From positions 32,001 through 96,000 of the forward strand of contig CBDANS010000005.1 of the NCBI GenBank assembly GCA_965197745.1: a DNA stretch of 64,000 nucleotides, read 5' to 3'. A program made the translations under genes and the position numbers. How positions within the stretch are numbered: position 1 is the stretch's first letter; each line of letters opens with the position of its first letter. Shown piece after piece: positions 39,434 through 50,031 of this stretch. This stretch comes from Opitutales bacterium. GTDB lineage: Bacteria; Verrucomicrobiota; Verrucomicrobiia; Opitutales; PNEW01. Under the pieces are notes generated by a model that ran no database searches, was not told the DNA's origin, and saw nothing but the letters and a program-made list of their open reading frames with translations.

Positions 39434-40699
39434 ATGTTTGATTATGACAAATGGCAGGAAATCCTGATTACGATCAGGAAAAATAAGCTACGGACTATCC
39501 TGACAATGTTTGGGGTATTCTGGGGTATTCTCATGCTTATGCTATTACTGGGGTCGGGACAGGGTCTTGCCAATGGAATGAATAGAGAATTCGCACATTG
39601 GGGATACAATAGCGTTTATCTTTGGTCTAATATGACCACCAAAGCTTACAAGGGAATGAGCCCCGGTCGTGAAATACAATTTACTGATGAAGATACGAAA
39701 GCAATAAAACTGAATTTCGAGGATATAGAATATATAGCGCCCAAAATTCAGTTGGGTGGTTTCAGGGGAAATCAAATAGTTAAGCATAAGAATAAAGTAG
39801 GGGAATTTCACGTAATGGGTGAAGACCCGGATATAATAAATATCATTTCTATCACCATTGTCGAAGGGAGATTTATTAACGATCTGGATCTTCTTGAAAG
39901 AAGGAAAGTAGCCGTGGTCGGTGAGAATGTTATCAAGATTCTTTTTAAAAGAGGAGAAAATTTCATTGGTAAATCATTAACTGTTAACGGGATACATTTT
40001 ACAATTGTGGGCATACTGAAAACCGAAGCTCCCTATGAATTTTGGACGGAACGCGACAGGAATTCGATAATGATACCCTTCACGACATTTCAACAGACCT
40101 TTAATGAAGGAAATAGAGTTGGGTGGTATGCGATGGGAATTAAACCATCGGTTTATGGAGACGAGATATGTGACAAAATCATATCGATGTTAATGAAACG
40201 GCATAAAGTTCATCCAGAAGATTTAGCAGCATTTGGGTACTTTAATAGCCATAAGGAGTTTTTAAAAGTTCAAGGACTATCTAAAAGTATACGTGTCTTT
40301 ATCTGGTTTGTCAGTTTATGCACCCTGTTAGCAGGTGTTATCGGGGTGAGTAACATTATGATAATTGTCGTCAATGAGCGGACTAAAGAGATAGGCATCA
40401 GAAAATCGATGGGGGCAACACCATTCAGTATTGTCAGTTTGATTATGCAGGAGTCGGTATTTTTAACCTCTATTGCCGGTTATATTGGGTTACTCCTGGG
40501 TATAGCTTTAATTGAAATATTGCGAAAATTATTGGGGATGATTGGCGATAATATGAGTTTGATATCCCGTCCCGAGATCAATTTACAGGCTGCGGCCTTA
40601 GCTTTGTTAGTCATTGTGATTGGCGGTGTTATTGCCGGTATCCTCCCTGCGCGCAAAGCAGGCTTAATCAGCCCCATGGAGGCAATCAGGTATAAATAA
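39434..40699 (+). CDS. ABC permease (MacB/FtsX family)
   Basis: ERTKEIGIRKSMGA and PARKA...PMEAIR motifs. Confidence 0.93.
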   Translation: MFDYDKWQEILITIRKNKLRTILTMFGVFWGILMLMLLLGSGQGLANGMNREFAHWGYNSVYLWSNMTTKAYKGMSPGREIQFTDEDTKAIKLNFEDIEYIAPKIQLGGFRGNQIVKHKNKVGEFHVMGEDPDIINIISITIVEGRFINDLDLLERRKVAVVGENVIKILFKRGENFIGKSLTVNGIHFTIVGILKTEAPYEFWTERDRNSIMIPFTTFQQTFNEGNRVGWYAMGIKPSVYGDEICDKIISMLMKRHKVHPEDLAAFGYFNSHKEFLKVQGLSKSIRVFIWFVSLCTLLAGVIGVSNIMIIVVNERTKEIGIRKSMGATPFSIVSLIMQESVFLTSIAGYIGLLLGIALIEILRKLLGMIGDNMSLISRPEINLQAAALALLVIVIGGVIAGILPARKAGLISPMEAIRYK

Positions 40700-40723
40700 A
40701 TAAGCTATAAATAAACTTAGCAG

Positions 40724-41797
40724 ATGAAAAAAATTTACGTCTTTATCATAGTTGCATTCTTAGTATTAAGTTTCCTGGGAACCCTTGTATTTCTTTATCA
40801 AAAAGCGGTTGAGAAGGATGTTATCTTTGAAACGGAAACCCCTTTTTACACAGATATAGTTAAAAAGGCGGTGGCCACAGGTACCATTACCCCAAGGAGA
40901 GAAATTGAAATGAAGTCACAGGTTTCGGGGGTGGTGGATAAGCTTTATGTCGAACCGGGTGAAATTGTTAACAATGGTGACCAGCTCGCTAAGATCAGGA
41001 TAATTCCTGATATGGTAAATCTTAACAATGCTGAATCCCAGCTTAATACGGCGCGCATAAATTATGAAAATGCGAAACGTGAAATGGAAAGGCAGGAACA
41101 GCTATTCGAGAAAAAATTCATTTCCGAATTTGATTATAACCAGTTTGTTCTCGAATTTAACCTCGCTGAGGAGCGTTTGGAGTCAGCAGGGAACAATGTT
41201 CAGTTGATCCGGGAGGGTGTGTCGAAAAAAGAAGGCCTGGTTACGAATGAAGTTACCTCTACAGTAGATGGTATGATCCTCGACGTTCCTGTAAGAGAGG
41301 GAAGTTTTGTCACCGAAACAAATACTTTCAACGATGGAACAACGATCATGTTCATCGCGGATATGCAGTCTATGATTTTCGTGGGGTTTGTCGACGAATC
41401 CGAAGTCGGTAAAATAACTGCCGGCATGGAATTGATTTTAATCATTGGTGCCATCGATACAGAAAAATTTAAAGCACTGCTGGAATACATATCACCCAAA
41501 GGTGAAGAAAAAGAAGGGGCCATCCAATTTGAAATCAGGGCCGCGGTAACATTATCGGAAGATCATTTTATCCGGGCAGGTTACAGTGCTAATGCGGATA
41601 TTGTTCTCGATACAAGGGAGAACGTTCTCGCCGTGCGAGAAAGCAATCTCATCTTTGAACAGGATAATATATTTGTTGAGATAGAAAATGGCGACCAGGA
41701 ATTTGAAAAGAAGAAAATTACTACGGGACTCTCCGACGGGATCAATATCGAAGTCCTCTCAGGGGTGTCGGAGAAGGACAGGATTAAGAAGCTATAG
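40724..41797 (+). CDS. Efflux periplasmic adaptor (MacA/HlyD-like)
   Basis: N-terminal TM; SQVSGVV lipoyl-like half; alpha-hairpin; TGLSDGINIEV. Confidence 0.92.
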   Translation: MKKIYVFIIVAFLVLSFLGTLVFLYQKAVEKDVIFETETPFYTDIVKKAVATGTITPRREIEMKSQVSGVVDKLYVEPGEIVNNGDQLAKIRIIPDMVNLNNAESQLNTARINYENAKREMERQEQLFEKKFISEFDYNQFVLEFNLAEERLESAGNNVQLIREGVSKKEGLVTNEVTSTVDGMILDVPVREGSFVTETNTFNDGTTIMFIADMQSMIFVGFVDESEVGKITAGMELILIIGAIDTEKFKALLEYISPKGEEKEGAIQFEIRAAVTLSEDHFIRAGYSANADIVLDTRENVLAVRESNLIFEQDNIFVEIENGDQEFEKKKITTGLSDGINIEVLSGVSEKDRIKKL

Positions 41798-41861
41798 AGT
41801 GATCTATCGATCAGTAAAGTGATCTATCGATCAGTGTTAGGTGTTAAGTTTTAAGTGTTAA

Positions 41862-42040
41862 GGTGGAACGCGATGACTGCTTGTCGTCCAAAGTCTCGCA
41901 GCCGTGGGACTATGGCCGGCAGGCACCGCGTTCCACCAAATTTATGAATCAAAGTGATAATAATGGAGGGCCATGCTCCGTCATGGCCGTATTGGGGTAC
42001 AGCTATTAAAGGTTATTCCGCGGACGCGACGTAGCGCGTT
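41862..42040. repeat. REP-like palindromes
   Basis: GGTGGAACGCG...CGCGTTCCACC (41862-41937), GGCCATG-CTCCGT-CATGGCC and ACGCGACGTAGCGCGT. Confidence 0.6.
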
Positions 42041-42187
42041 TCTTTTGTTAAGTAAATTACAAAGAAGCGTGCTAGGGACAGCCCGCTCCACCTGAACTTC
42101 AATTCATTTTTCACATAATCTCCATAATTCAAATTACGAGAGTGAGAATATAATTGAAGTACCGCTTTATTTTTATAAAGCAAAGGG

Positions 42188-43114
42188 ATGGAACAATCGA
42201 TACAGCAACTACAATCCTTAGGTCTTGAACATGCGGATGAAGTAAATATTTCTGAAAAACGCTTCGACGATGGCGGACAATATAGAATAGAAATACCCAG
42301 CACCGAGGGCCCCGAAGCGTTTCGCGTGGTGATTGAAGAAAAGGAACGCTTGAAGTTGCCGGTTCATCGGATCAGCCAGGGAAGCGGAATTCAAATGCTC
42401 AGTGATGATGAGATCAGTGAGATGGTGGATATAGGGATCGACCACAATATTGAGGTATGTCTCTTTACTACTCCCCGAGCGAATTTTGACATCGGCGGGT
42501 TATGGAATGCGCCCGTGGGGAAAATAATTCAATGGCAGAGTCGGGGCGCGGAGCAGATTCGTTACGGACTGGATGATATTAATCGCGCAGTTGAATTAGG
42601 AATACGAAGTGTTCTCATTTCTGATTGGGGGTTGATTGACATCGTCGGTCAATTAAGGAAAAGCAAAAAATTGCCGGAAGATCTGATTATCAAATCTTCC
42701 GCGATCATGGCCCCGGCTAATCCCGCGTCGGTGGCACTCCTCGAAAAGATTGGGGCCGATACCGTTAATGTATCGACCGATCTTAGCGTGGGGCAGTTGA
42801 GCGCGATACGCAGCACCAGTACCGCACCGCTCGATATTTACACGGAAGCGCCCGATGGGCTTGGCGGCTTTGTCAGGCATCATGAAACGCCTGACATGAT
42901 TCGCTATGCATGTCCTCTTCATGTTAAGCTGGGGCTTCGGAATTCACCTGATATCTATCCCGCAGGCGCGCATATACAGTCCGTGGCATTGAATTTAAGC
43001 CGCGAGCGCGTGCGCAGGAGCAAGCTGGTTTACGACCTGATTCAAAGGGAATACCCCGAAGCTGAAATGTCTCCCATCGAAGGCAAGCGAGCAGGTGTGC
43101 CGGTGGGGAATTAA
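42188..43114 (+). CDS. U32-peptidase-like TIM-barrel protein
   Basis: RAVELGIRSVL..D.G, LLEKIGADTVN and PLDIYTE motifs. Confidence 0.7.
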   Translation: MEQSIQQLQSLGLEHADEVNISEKRFDDGGQYRIEIPSTEGPEAFRVVIEEKERLKLPVHRISQGSGIQMLSDDEISEMVDIGIDHNIEVCLFTTPRANFDIGGLWNAPVGKIIQWQSRGAEQIRYGLDDINRAVELGIRSVLISDWGLIDIVGQLRKSKKLPEDLIIKSSAIMAPANPASVALLEKIGADTVNVSTDLSVGQLSAIRSTSTAPLDIYTEAPDGLGGFVRHHETPDMIRYACPLHVKLGLRNSPDIYPAGAHIQSVALNLSRERVRRSKLVYDLIQREYPEAEMSPIEGKRAGVPVGN

Positions 43115-43299
43115 GAATTAGGAATTAGGAATTAGGAATTTAAAATTAGTTACTAGGGGGTTAAGTATTTCCGATTGTCGATTGAAACATGATAAACCTG
43201 GCTGTTTTCTATTAGGTAATTTTGTAGTCATGCATCCTGAATTCTACTTTGTCTTGTGAATCTTCTGCTTCTTGTGGCTAACTATTTGATCAGACAATT

Positions 43300-45246
43300 A
43301 TGAATAATTCATCCCATGACGAAAAGAGCGTGAGTCCCTTCGGGTCGTGGAAGTCACCGATAACGATGGATACGGTTCTCGCCAAAAGCGTGCGTCTTTC
43401 TGAAGTGGCGCTGGAGGGCAGTTCTATCTATTGGATTGAAGGGCGACCCGAAGAGAGTGGGCGAAACGTAATCGTTAAAAGGGAATCTGATAAATTAATA
43501 AGCGATAAATTACCCGAGCCCTTTAATGCTCGCACGCGGGTACACGAATATGGGGGTGGGACCTATCATCTTGTTGGGGGGAGTATCTACTTCACTCATT
43601 TTAATGATCAACGCATTTACTGTAAACGAGCTGATGAGGACCCTGTTCCCCTGTCAAAGGAGGAGAATTGTCGCTATGCAGATTTCACTTATGATCGGCC
43701 GCGAAACCGTTTGCTATGTGTGCGTGAGGACCATCGCGATGAAGAGCGCGAGCCAGTCAACGCCATTGTCAGTATCTTCTTAGACCCCCCTTATAAGGTT
43801 GAAGTCCTGGTATCAGGGAGTGACTTTTATTCCTCACCTCGCATAAGCCCGGATGGGTCGAACCTTGCCTGGTTAAGTTGGGACCATCCCAATATGCCCT
43901 GGGATGGCACTGATCTATCAATGGCGGCTATTTCAAAAGAGGGCAGCCTGGAAGAACGCATTTCAATTGCGGGTGGGAAAGAGGAGTCCATTTTTCAACC
44001 GGAGTGGTCTCCGGATAATACCCTTCACTTTGTTTCAGACCGTAGCGGTTGGTGGAATCTCTATCGTCATAAGGAGGGCAGGGTGGAATCGCTCTATTCA
44101 ATGGAAGCGGAGTTCGGGCAACCTCAATGGGTTTTTGGCATGGCTAAGTATGGTTTCCAATCGGAGCAAACTATTCTTTGTTCTTATACTCAAGATGGGG
44201 TATGGCACCTGGGAAGGCTCGATACCATTAATAAATCGCTGGAGAAGATTGAGTCTCCCTTCACAGTTATTGAAGATTTACAGGTGGGTGATGACATAGT
44301 GGTCTTTATCGGCGGGTCCCCTACGACGTCGCTATCCGTGGTTATGATGGACCTGGAAACCGATAAAATGGATGCCCTGCGTAGTTCCAGTTCACTGAAA
44401 ATTGATACTGACTATCTTTCGATCCCCCAAGCCATCGAGTATCCGACGAATGATAACTTAACAGCCCATGGATTTTATTACCCGCCAAAAAATAAAGATT
44501 TTGCGGGTCCAGCAAAGGTGCTGCCTCCGCTAATTGTTATCATGCACGGGGGGCCAACGGCGCCAACCGATGCCGTGTTGGACTGTCGGATTCAGTTCTG
44601 GACGAGCCGTGGTTTTGCCGTCTTCGATATAAATTATGGGGGGAGTACCGGTTACGGCACGGAGTACCGGAGGCGATTGAATGGCCAATGGGGTGTAGTT
44701 GATTTGAACGATTGTGAGAATGGAGCCCGCTATCTTGCGGATAAAGGGTTTGTCGATAATGAGCGTATCGCTATTCGTGGGGGCAGCGCGGGTGGATACA
44801 CGGTACTGAGCGCGCTGACTTTTGGTGAAGTATTTAAAACAGGCGCGAGCTACTACGGGGTAAGCGATCTAGAAGTTTTAGCAAAGGAAACGCATAAATT
44901 CGAATCCCGATATCTGGACAGGATTATTGGTCCGTACCCCGATGCCATTCAATTGTATCGGGATCGCTCTCCCTTTTATCACTTAGAAAAAGTGGAAAGA
45001 CCGATCATCTTTTTCCAAGGGTTAGAGGATGAAATCGTTCCTCCCAACCAGGCGGAGATGATGGTAGATGCCTTGAGAGAAAAAGGAATACCGGTGGCCT
45101 ATTTAGCTTTCGAAGGTGAACAACATGGTTTTCGACAAGCGAAGAATATCAAGCGGGCGACGGAAGCGGAATTGTATTTTTACGCGCAGATATTTGATTT
45201 CGAACCCGCAGATTCAATCGAGCCTGTGGTTATTGAGAATTTGTGA
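43300..45246 (+). CDS. S9 family prolyl oligopeptidase / acylaminoacyl peptidase
   Basis: HGGP, GGSAGGY nucleophile, D..VPP.Q and GEQHGF motifs. Confidence 0.95.
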   Translation: MNNSSHDEKSVSPFGSWKSPITMDTVLAKSVRLSEVALEGSSIYWIEGRPEESGRNVIVKRESDKLISDKLPEPFNARTRVHEYGGGTYHLVGGSIYFTHFNDQRIYCKRADEDPVPLSKEENCRYADFTYDRPRNRLLCVREDHRDEEREPVNAIVSIFLDPPYKVEVLVSGSDFYSSPRISPDGSNLAWLSWDHPNMPWDGTDLSMAAISKEGSLEERISIAGGKEESIFQPEWSPDNTLHFVSDRSGWWNLYRHKEGRVESLYSMEAEFGQPQWVFGMAKYGFQSEQTILCSYTQDGVWHLGRLDTINKSLEKIESPFTVIEDLQVGDDIVVFIGGSPTTSLSVVMMDLETDKMDALRSSSSLKIDTDYLSIPQAIEYPTNDNLTAHGFYYPPKNKDFAGPAKVLPPLIVIMHGGPTAPTDAVLDCRIQFWTSRGFAVFDINYGGSTGYGTEYRRRLNGQWGVVDLNDCENGARYLADKGFVDNERIAIRGGSAGGYTVLSALTFGEVFKTGASYYGVSDLEVLAKETHKFESRYLDRIIGPYPDAIQLYRDRSPFYHLEKVERPIIFFQGLEDEIVPPNQAEMMVDALREKGIPVAYLAFEGEQHGFRQAKNIKRATEAELYFYAQIFDFEPADSIEPVVIENL

Positions 45247-45321
45247 GGGGGGTAATGCGTAGATGTGTGAATGCGTGGATGCGTATAAGTGGATACCGCC
45301 AGGTTTATTCTGTATTTTTAC

Positions 45322-45442
45322 TTGTCATTGCGAGAAGCAACGCGACGAAGCAATCCAGGCGGCTAACATTATGCTACCGACATAACCCTGGATTGCCACA
45401 GTCGGCTTCCCACAGTCGGCTTCGCCTTCTTCGCAATGACAA
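45322..45442. repeat. GTCATTGCGAG-type palindromic element (REP/RPE-like)
   Basis: TTGTCATTGCGAG...GCAATCCAGG...CCTGGATTGC...TCGCAATGACAA; relatives at 61570 and 63091. Confidence 0.85.
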
Positions 45443-45514
45443 CTTGAATCAAACGACCATTGACAATCGCTTGCTCACATTACCGCATACCCGCATAAAC
45501 GCATTCCCGCAAAC

Positions 45515-48500
45515 CTACTCGATCGTTAATTCTTCTACGGTGACAGTAATTTCATCACCGTCGGCGTTTGAGAATGCGGCATCAATACTTTGCGTGGGCT
45601 GAGTGGTACCATCCGACTTTACATTGTTATGGGTAATCAAGGTCTCGAAACCCGGTGTTGTCGAACCGCTCGAGGCAATGATTATCGGTAGCTCATTAGT
45701 CTGAGCAAGATCGCCTCCGGTGATTCGCATTCCCGGGTTAGACGCCGCTACGGTAAATGAATTATCACCGAAGAGGAGGTGCGGCACGGCATCTCCCAGG
45801 GCATCGATATCACCTATCAAGACCCTGATCGAGACCGGCATCCCCGGAGCAATAAGACCGATGTTTCCTGTCGAGGCACTAAAATTTGTGTTGGCACAGA
45901 GGATTCCTCCCATACCTGAAGAATTTATAATTTCCACGACTGAGACATCAGCCTGGGCATCGTAAACTTCTTCCTCAGGGAATAGACTTTGATTTACGGA
46001 ATTCGGGCGGCCTACGGAAAATATGCTGAAGAATGTGCTATCATCCGCTCCTTCAATGACAATGCTTGCACGGCCCTTAACATAATTAACATCGGGTTGA
46101 TTATATTTACGAGGTGGTGCAGGTCCTTCAAAGGTGTCAGCATCCAGAATAATGGTCAGGGTCCCTTCACCAGAAAATTCTACCTGAACGATATCTTCAT
46201 TTTCATCGAGAAAGGACGCGCGGGTTATCTGTTCAGGATCGGCCCGTAGGGTAAGCAGGGATCCCTCAAGCAGTATCTGGTCGAAAATATTCCCATTGGA
46301 GTGGACAATATTACTTCCGACAACCGTACCACTTCCGTCGAGCGCTACGGCATCGGGTGTACCATCAATGTCATCTTTTACTGATACAATGGCTGTGACA
46401 CTGTCAGTAATTCCTTCCGTTCCGGTTACCCGAACCCAATAAAAACCCGTAACGTTTTGCGGGGCGGTGACCAGGGTGCTCTGGTTGTCAGTCGATTCAA
46501 CCGTATCTTCACCGTCACCTGAAATAAGGTTAGAAGTATCCCCTCGCTCACCCTTATACCAGATAAAGGTCCTGTCATTTCCTTCCGCTTGAACGAATAG
46601 TTCAACCACTGTATTAAAATCGACTCTCTGACTTTTCGGTTGATTGAGGATGGTTGGACCGCTCATTCCATCGACGACCAGGGTTAAGACCGAACTGAAT
46701 GCCGATCCTATAGCATTAGTGATCTCCACTGTATAGCTACCCGAGTCCGCACTTTGGACATTGTCAATGGTCAGGGCATTGCTTGTCGCGCCCTCAATAA
46801 TTTGTTCATCTTTTCGCCATAGGAAACTCAACGGTTCCTGCCCTTCGGCAACGACGGTAAAAACTGCAGTTGAACCCGGATCCAGTTCCAAATCACCGGG
46901 CCCTATCGTGGAGATAAGTGGAATTCCTGTCCCGAGCAGGGCGAGATTATGTTCAGCTCCCGCAACTACTTCAGTGACACCTGAAAGCGCCTCCGGCACT
47001 TCCGTTTGGCCATCTTCATTAAAGCCCCAGGCTACAACTGTTCCATCATCGAGTGATATGATATTATGGTAGAGACCAGCTGCGATGGAAGTAACGGAGC
47101 CGGCATTAAACTGTGAGTTGATAGACCCTTTCACATTCCCTGTTGAAGATCGAGAGCCGGATCGGTATTGGGAACATTCAATTGCCCCAAACTATTATCA
47201 CCCCAAGGTACAATAGTGCCGTCTGATTGTACGGCGAGACTATGCCGCGCGCCGGCGGCCACGGCGATCACGTCGCTTAGACCATCGGGCACATCAATCT
47301 GACCAAATCGATTATCGCCCCAAGCTATGATGGTGCCATTCGATTGTAGCGCCAGGCTATGTCCAGCTCCCGCTGTTATAGCTATCGCATTCATAACCAG
47401 TTCCGGAATAGCCGTCTGATCTAACCGGTTATTCCCCCAGGCTACGACAGTGCCGTCTGATTTTAATGCCAGACTGTGAACCCCACCGCCAGCAATCGCG
47501 ACGACATCGGAAAGACCATCGGGTGGTGTTGCCTGGCCGGCATTGTTAAACCCCCAGGCCACAACGGTGCCGTCCGATTTTAAAGCCAAGCTATGAAAGA
47601 AGCCAGCCGCGACAGCCACGACATCAGATAAACCCGGCGGAACTGAAATCTGACCGCGATCATTTCTCCCCCAGGCTGACACCGTTCCATCGGGGTTTAA
47701 CCCAAGATTAAAACCAACCCCACTGGAAGCAGCTGTGAGCTGGGATAAATCCGGGGTGATGTTCGTTTCCCCGTTATCATTCCTTCCCCAGCTGTTTATA
47801 CGGTCAGAAAATATTCGTCGGTAACCCCGGGCGACAATACTGAAATTACTGGTTTCAATAGGATTAACTGCTTTTATCCAGTAATAATAAATAACGCCTG
47901 CTTCAGCGGTGAAGTCATCATAGAGGGGTGTATTGATTTCGCGCTGAATGAGAATAGAATTGCTCCTGTCATTTTCAGTATGACGAAATACATTATAGCG
48001 CGATGCATTATTAACCTCCTGCCAGAAAACGCGAATACGATCTGCAAATCTACCCCGGGTCGCTCGCGTAAAGAGGGGAGCGTGTAATTCGCCGGATGTT
48101 AGTATTGTTCCGGTAGCTCCGGTTGTAACAAAGATATCCGCGCCTGAGGTAACATCGAAAAGAAATTTCGAAGATCCGGAATTTTTTTCGATCCAGTTCA
48201 TCCCATTAGGAGAAGTGGCGATGGCACCAAAAGTGCCCACGGCAATAAATAAACCTTTGCCAAAGCTAACTCCCTGGTAGTTCGCGTTGCCAGCTCGAAA
48301 TGAATTCCAATCCATGCCGTTTGACGAAACTTGAATGTCTCCATTATCGCCAACGGCAACAAATAGACCTTTTGCGAAGGTGACATCACTCAACCCGGTT
48401 CCATTGTGGTCATGTTCAGTCCAATTGATACCATCGGTGGAAGTCATTATAGACCGTTTCGGATTTGCCGTTGCGAGAGTACCGCGACCCACCGCGACAA

Positions 48501-49847
48501 AGCGTCCATTACCAAAAACAACACCTTCAAGTTTACTGGGGCTATCAGCTGCTTCTACTGTCGTCCAATCGACACCATTCATTGAGGTCTGGATGATTGC
48601 CCCATTGCCGACGGCGACAAAAGTTTGATTGCCAAAAGCGATGCTATTTAAATTGGCCTCGGTCCCCGTGTTCCCCGCAGTCCAGTTTATGCCGTTAGCT
48701 GAGGTAATCACGGTACCTTTTCCACCTATTGCTACAAATCTATTATTGCCGAGAGTTAAATCGGACAGTGATACAGAGGTAGCAGAATTCAGAGCAGACT
48801 AGGTCCTGCCATTCCCTGATGCTAATAAGGTCCCTGAAAGTCCAACGGCATAGAAGGTATTGTTTAAGTATTTAGTGCCCAATAACCATTCTGTTGTCCC
48901 CATAAGTTGATCGGTCCATTGAACTGAATTAGGTGAAGAGAGAATTCTCCCCCCGAATCCAACGGAGACGAAGGCATTATTTCCAAAAGCGATACTAAAT
49001 AAGGCATCCCCATTCGCGATATCCTGGGGTACCCAGAATTGAATAGAGGCCGATGTTAAGACTACGGACTGGCTTAAGATGCGCCACCACCACCAACCGC
49101 AACAAAATTCCCATTATTAAAGGTGATATCATATAATGATAGAGCAGTGCCCGATGCTCGCATACCCCAGTTGACCGCATTGCCAGAACTTATAATTGTC
49201 CCGTTCTCTCCAACCGCGACAAAATTTCCATTGCCGAAAGTTATGCCTAATAGCAAGTTCGCGGTTCCCGATACTTGAGAATTCCAATTGTCACCATCAG
49301 TCGAAGATATAATGACGCCACCCATACCAACAGCGACAAATGTCCCGTTGCCGAAGGTAACGTCATGATATTCATGACTGGCATCAGTGACAATACTCAG
49401 GTCCCAATTCTGACCATCCCGAGAGGTTAAGATTATCCCATGATCTCCGACCGCGACAAAAGTCCCATTGCCAAAGCCAATGCCGTTTAATTGAATTCTT
49501 GTTCCTGAAGTTCGGGTTCCCCAGTCTTTTCCATTTCTCGAGATGAGAATAGTGCCCTCAATACCGACAGCGACAAAAACCCCGTTTCCAAATGCCACAT
49601 CTTTTAACGTTGCTTCACTATTCCCCGTGATGCCGGTAATCTGTTCCTCCCAGCTCTGACCGTTAACTGAAGTTAAGATTGTACCTGTGTTACCAACGGC
49701 AACAAAAGTATCATTTCCATAAGTAATCCCAGACAGGTTTTCACCTTTGGGCAGGGGATTTCTCAAGGTCCAAACTTCTTGAGCTTCAATAAATACAAAC
49801 GGGGCAAGAATTAAAAAAGTAAAAAGAAATACCGATACAAGGCGCAT
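45515..49847 (-). pseudogene. Large secreted surface protein (beta-propeller GNGTFVAVG repeats, FN3-like, RCC1 repeats, Ig domains, conserved C-terminal domain) with three lesions
   Basis: Frameshift at ~49082, TAG at 48799-48801 where repeats have Trp, and frameshift at ~47135-47170. The repeat pattern continues across each break. Confidence 0.85.
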
Positions 49848-50031
49848 TATATGAAAAATAAAATATTATTCCGTCGCAAATTTAATAGATATAGTAGATA
49901 ATTAATAAAAATATAGATTGAGTATAACGGTGTAGGGAGCCGAGTCGAATATAAAGGGCGCATGCTTAATTTTGTTAATAGAGAGGAATCAATTGATCGA
50001 TAGTTGTGTCGGCAACGATGCTAATTAAAGG

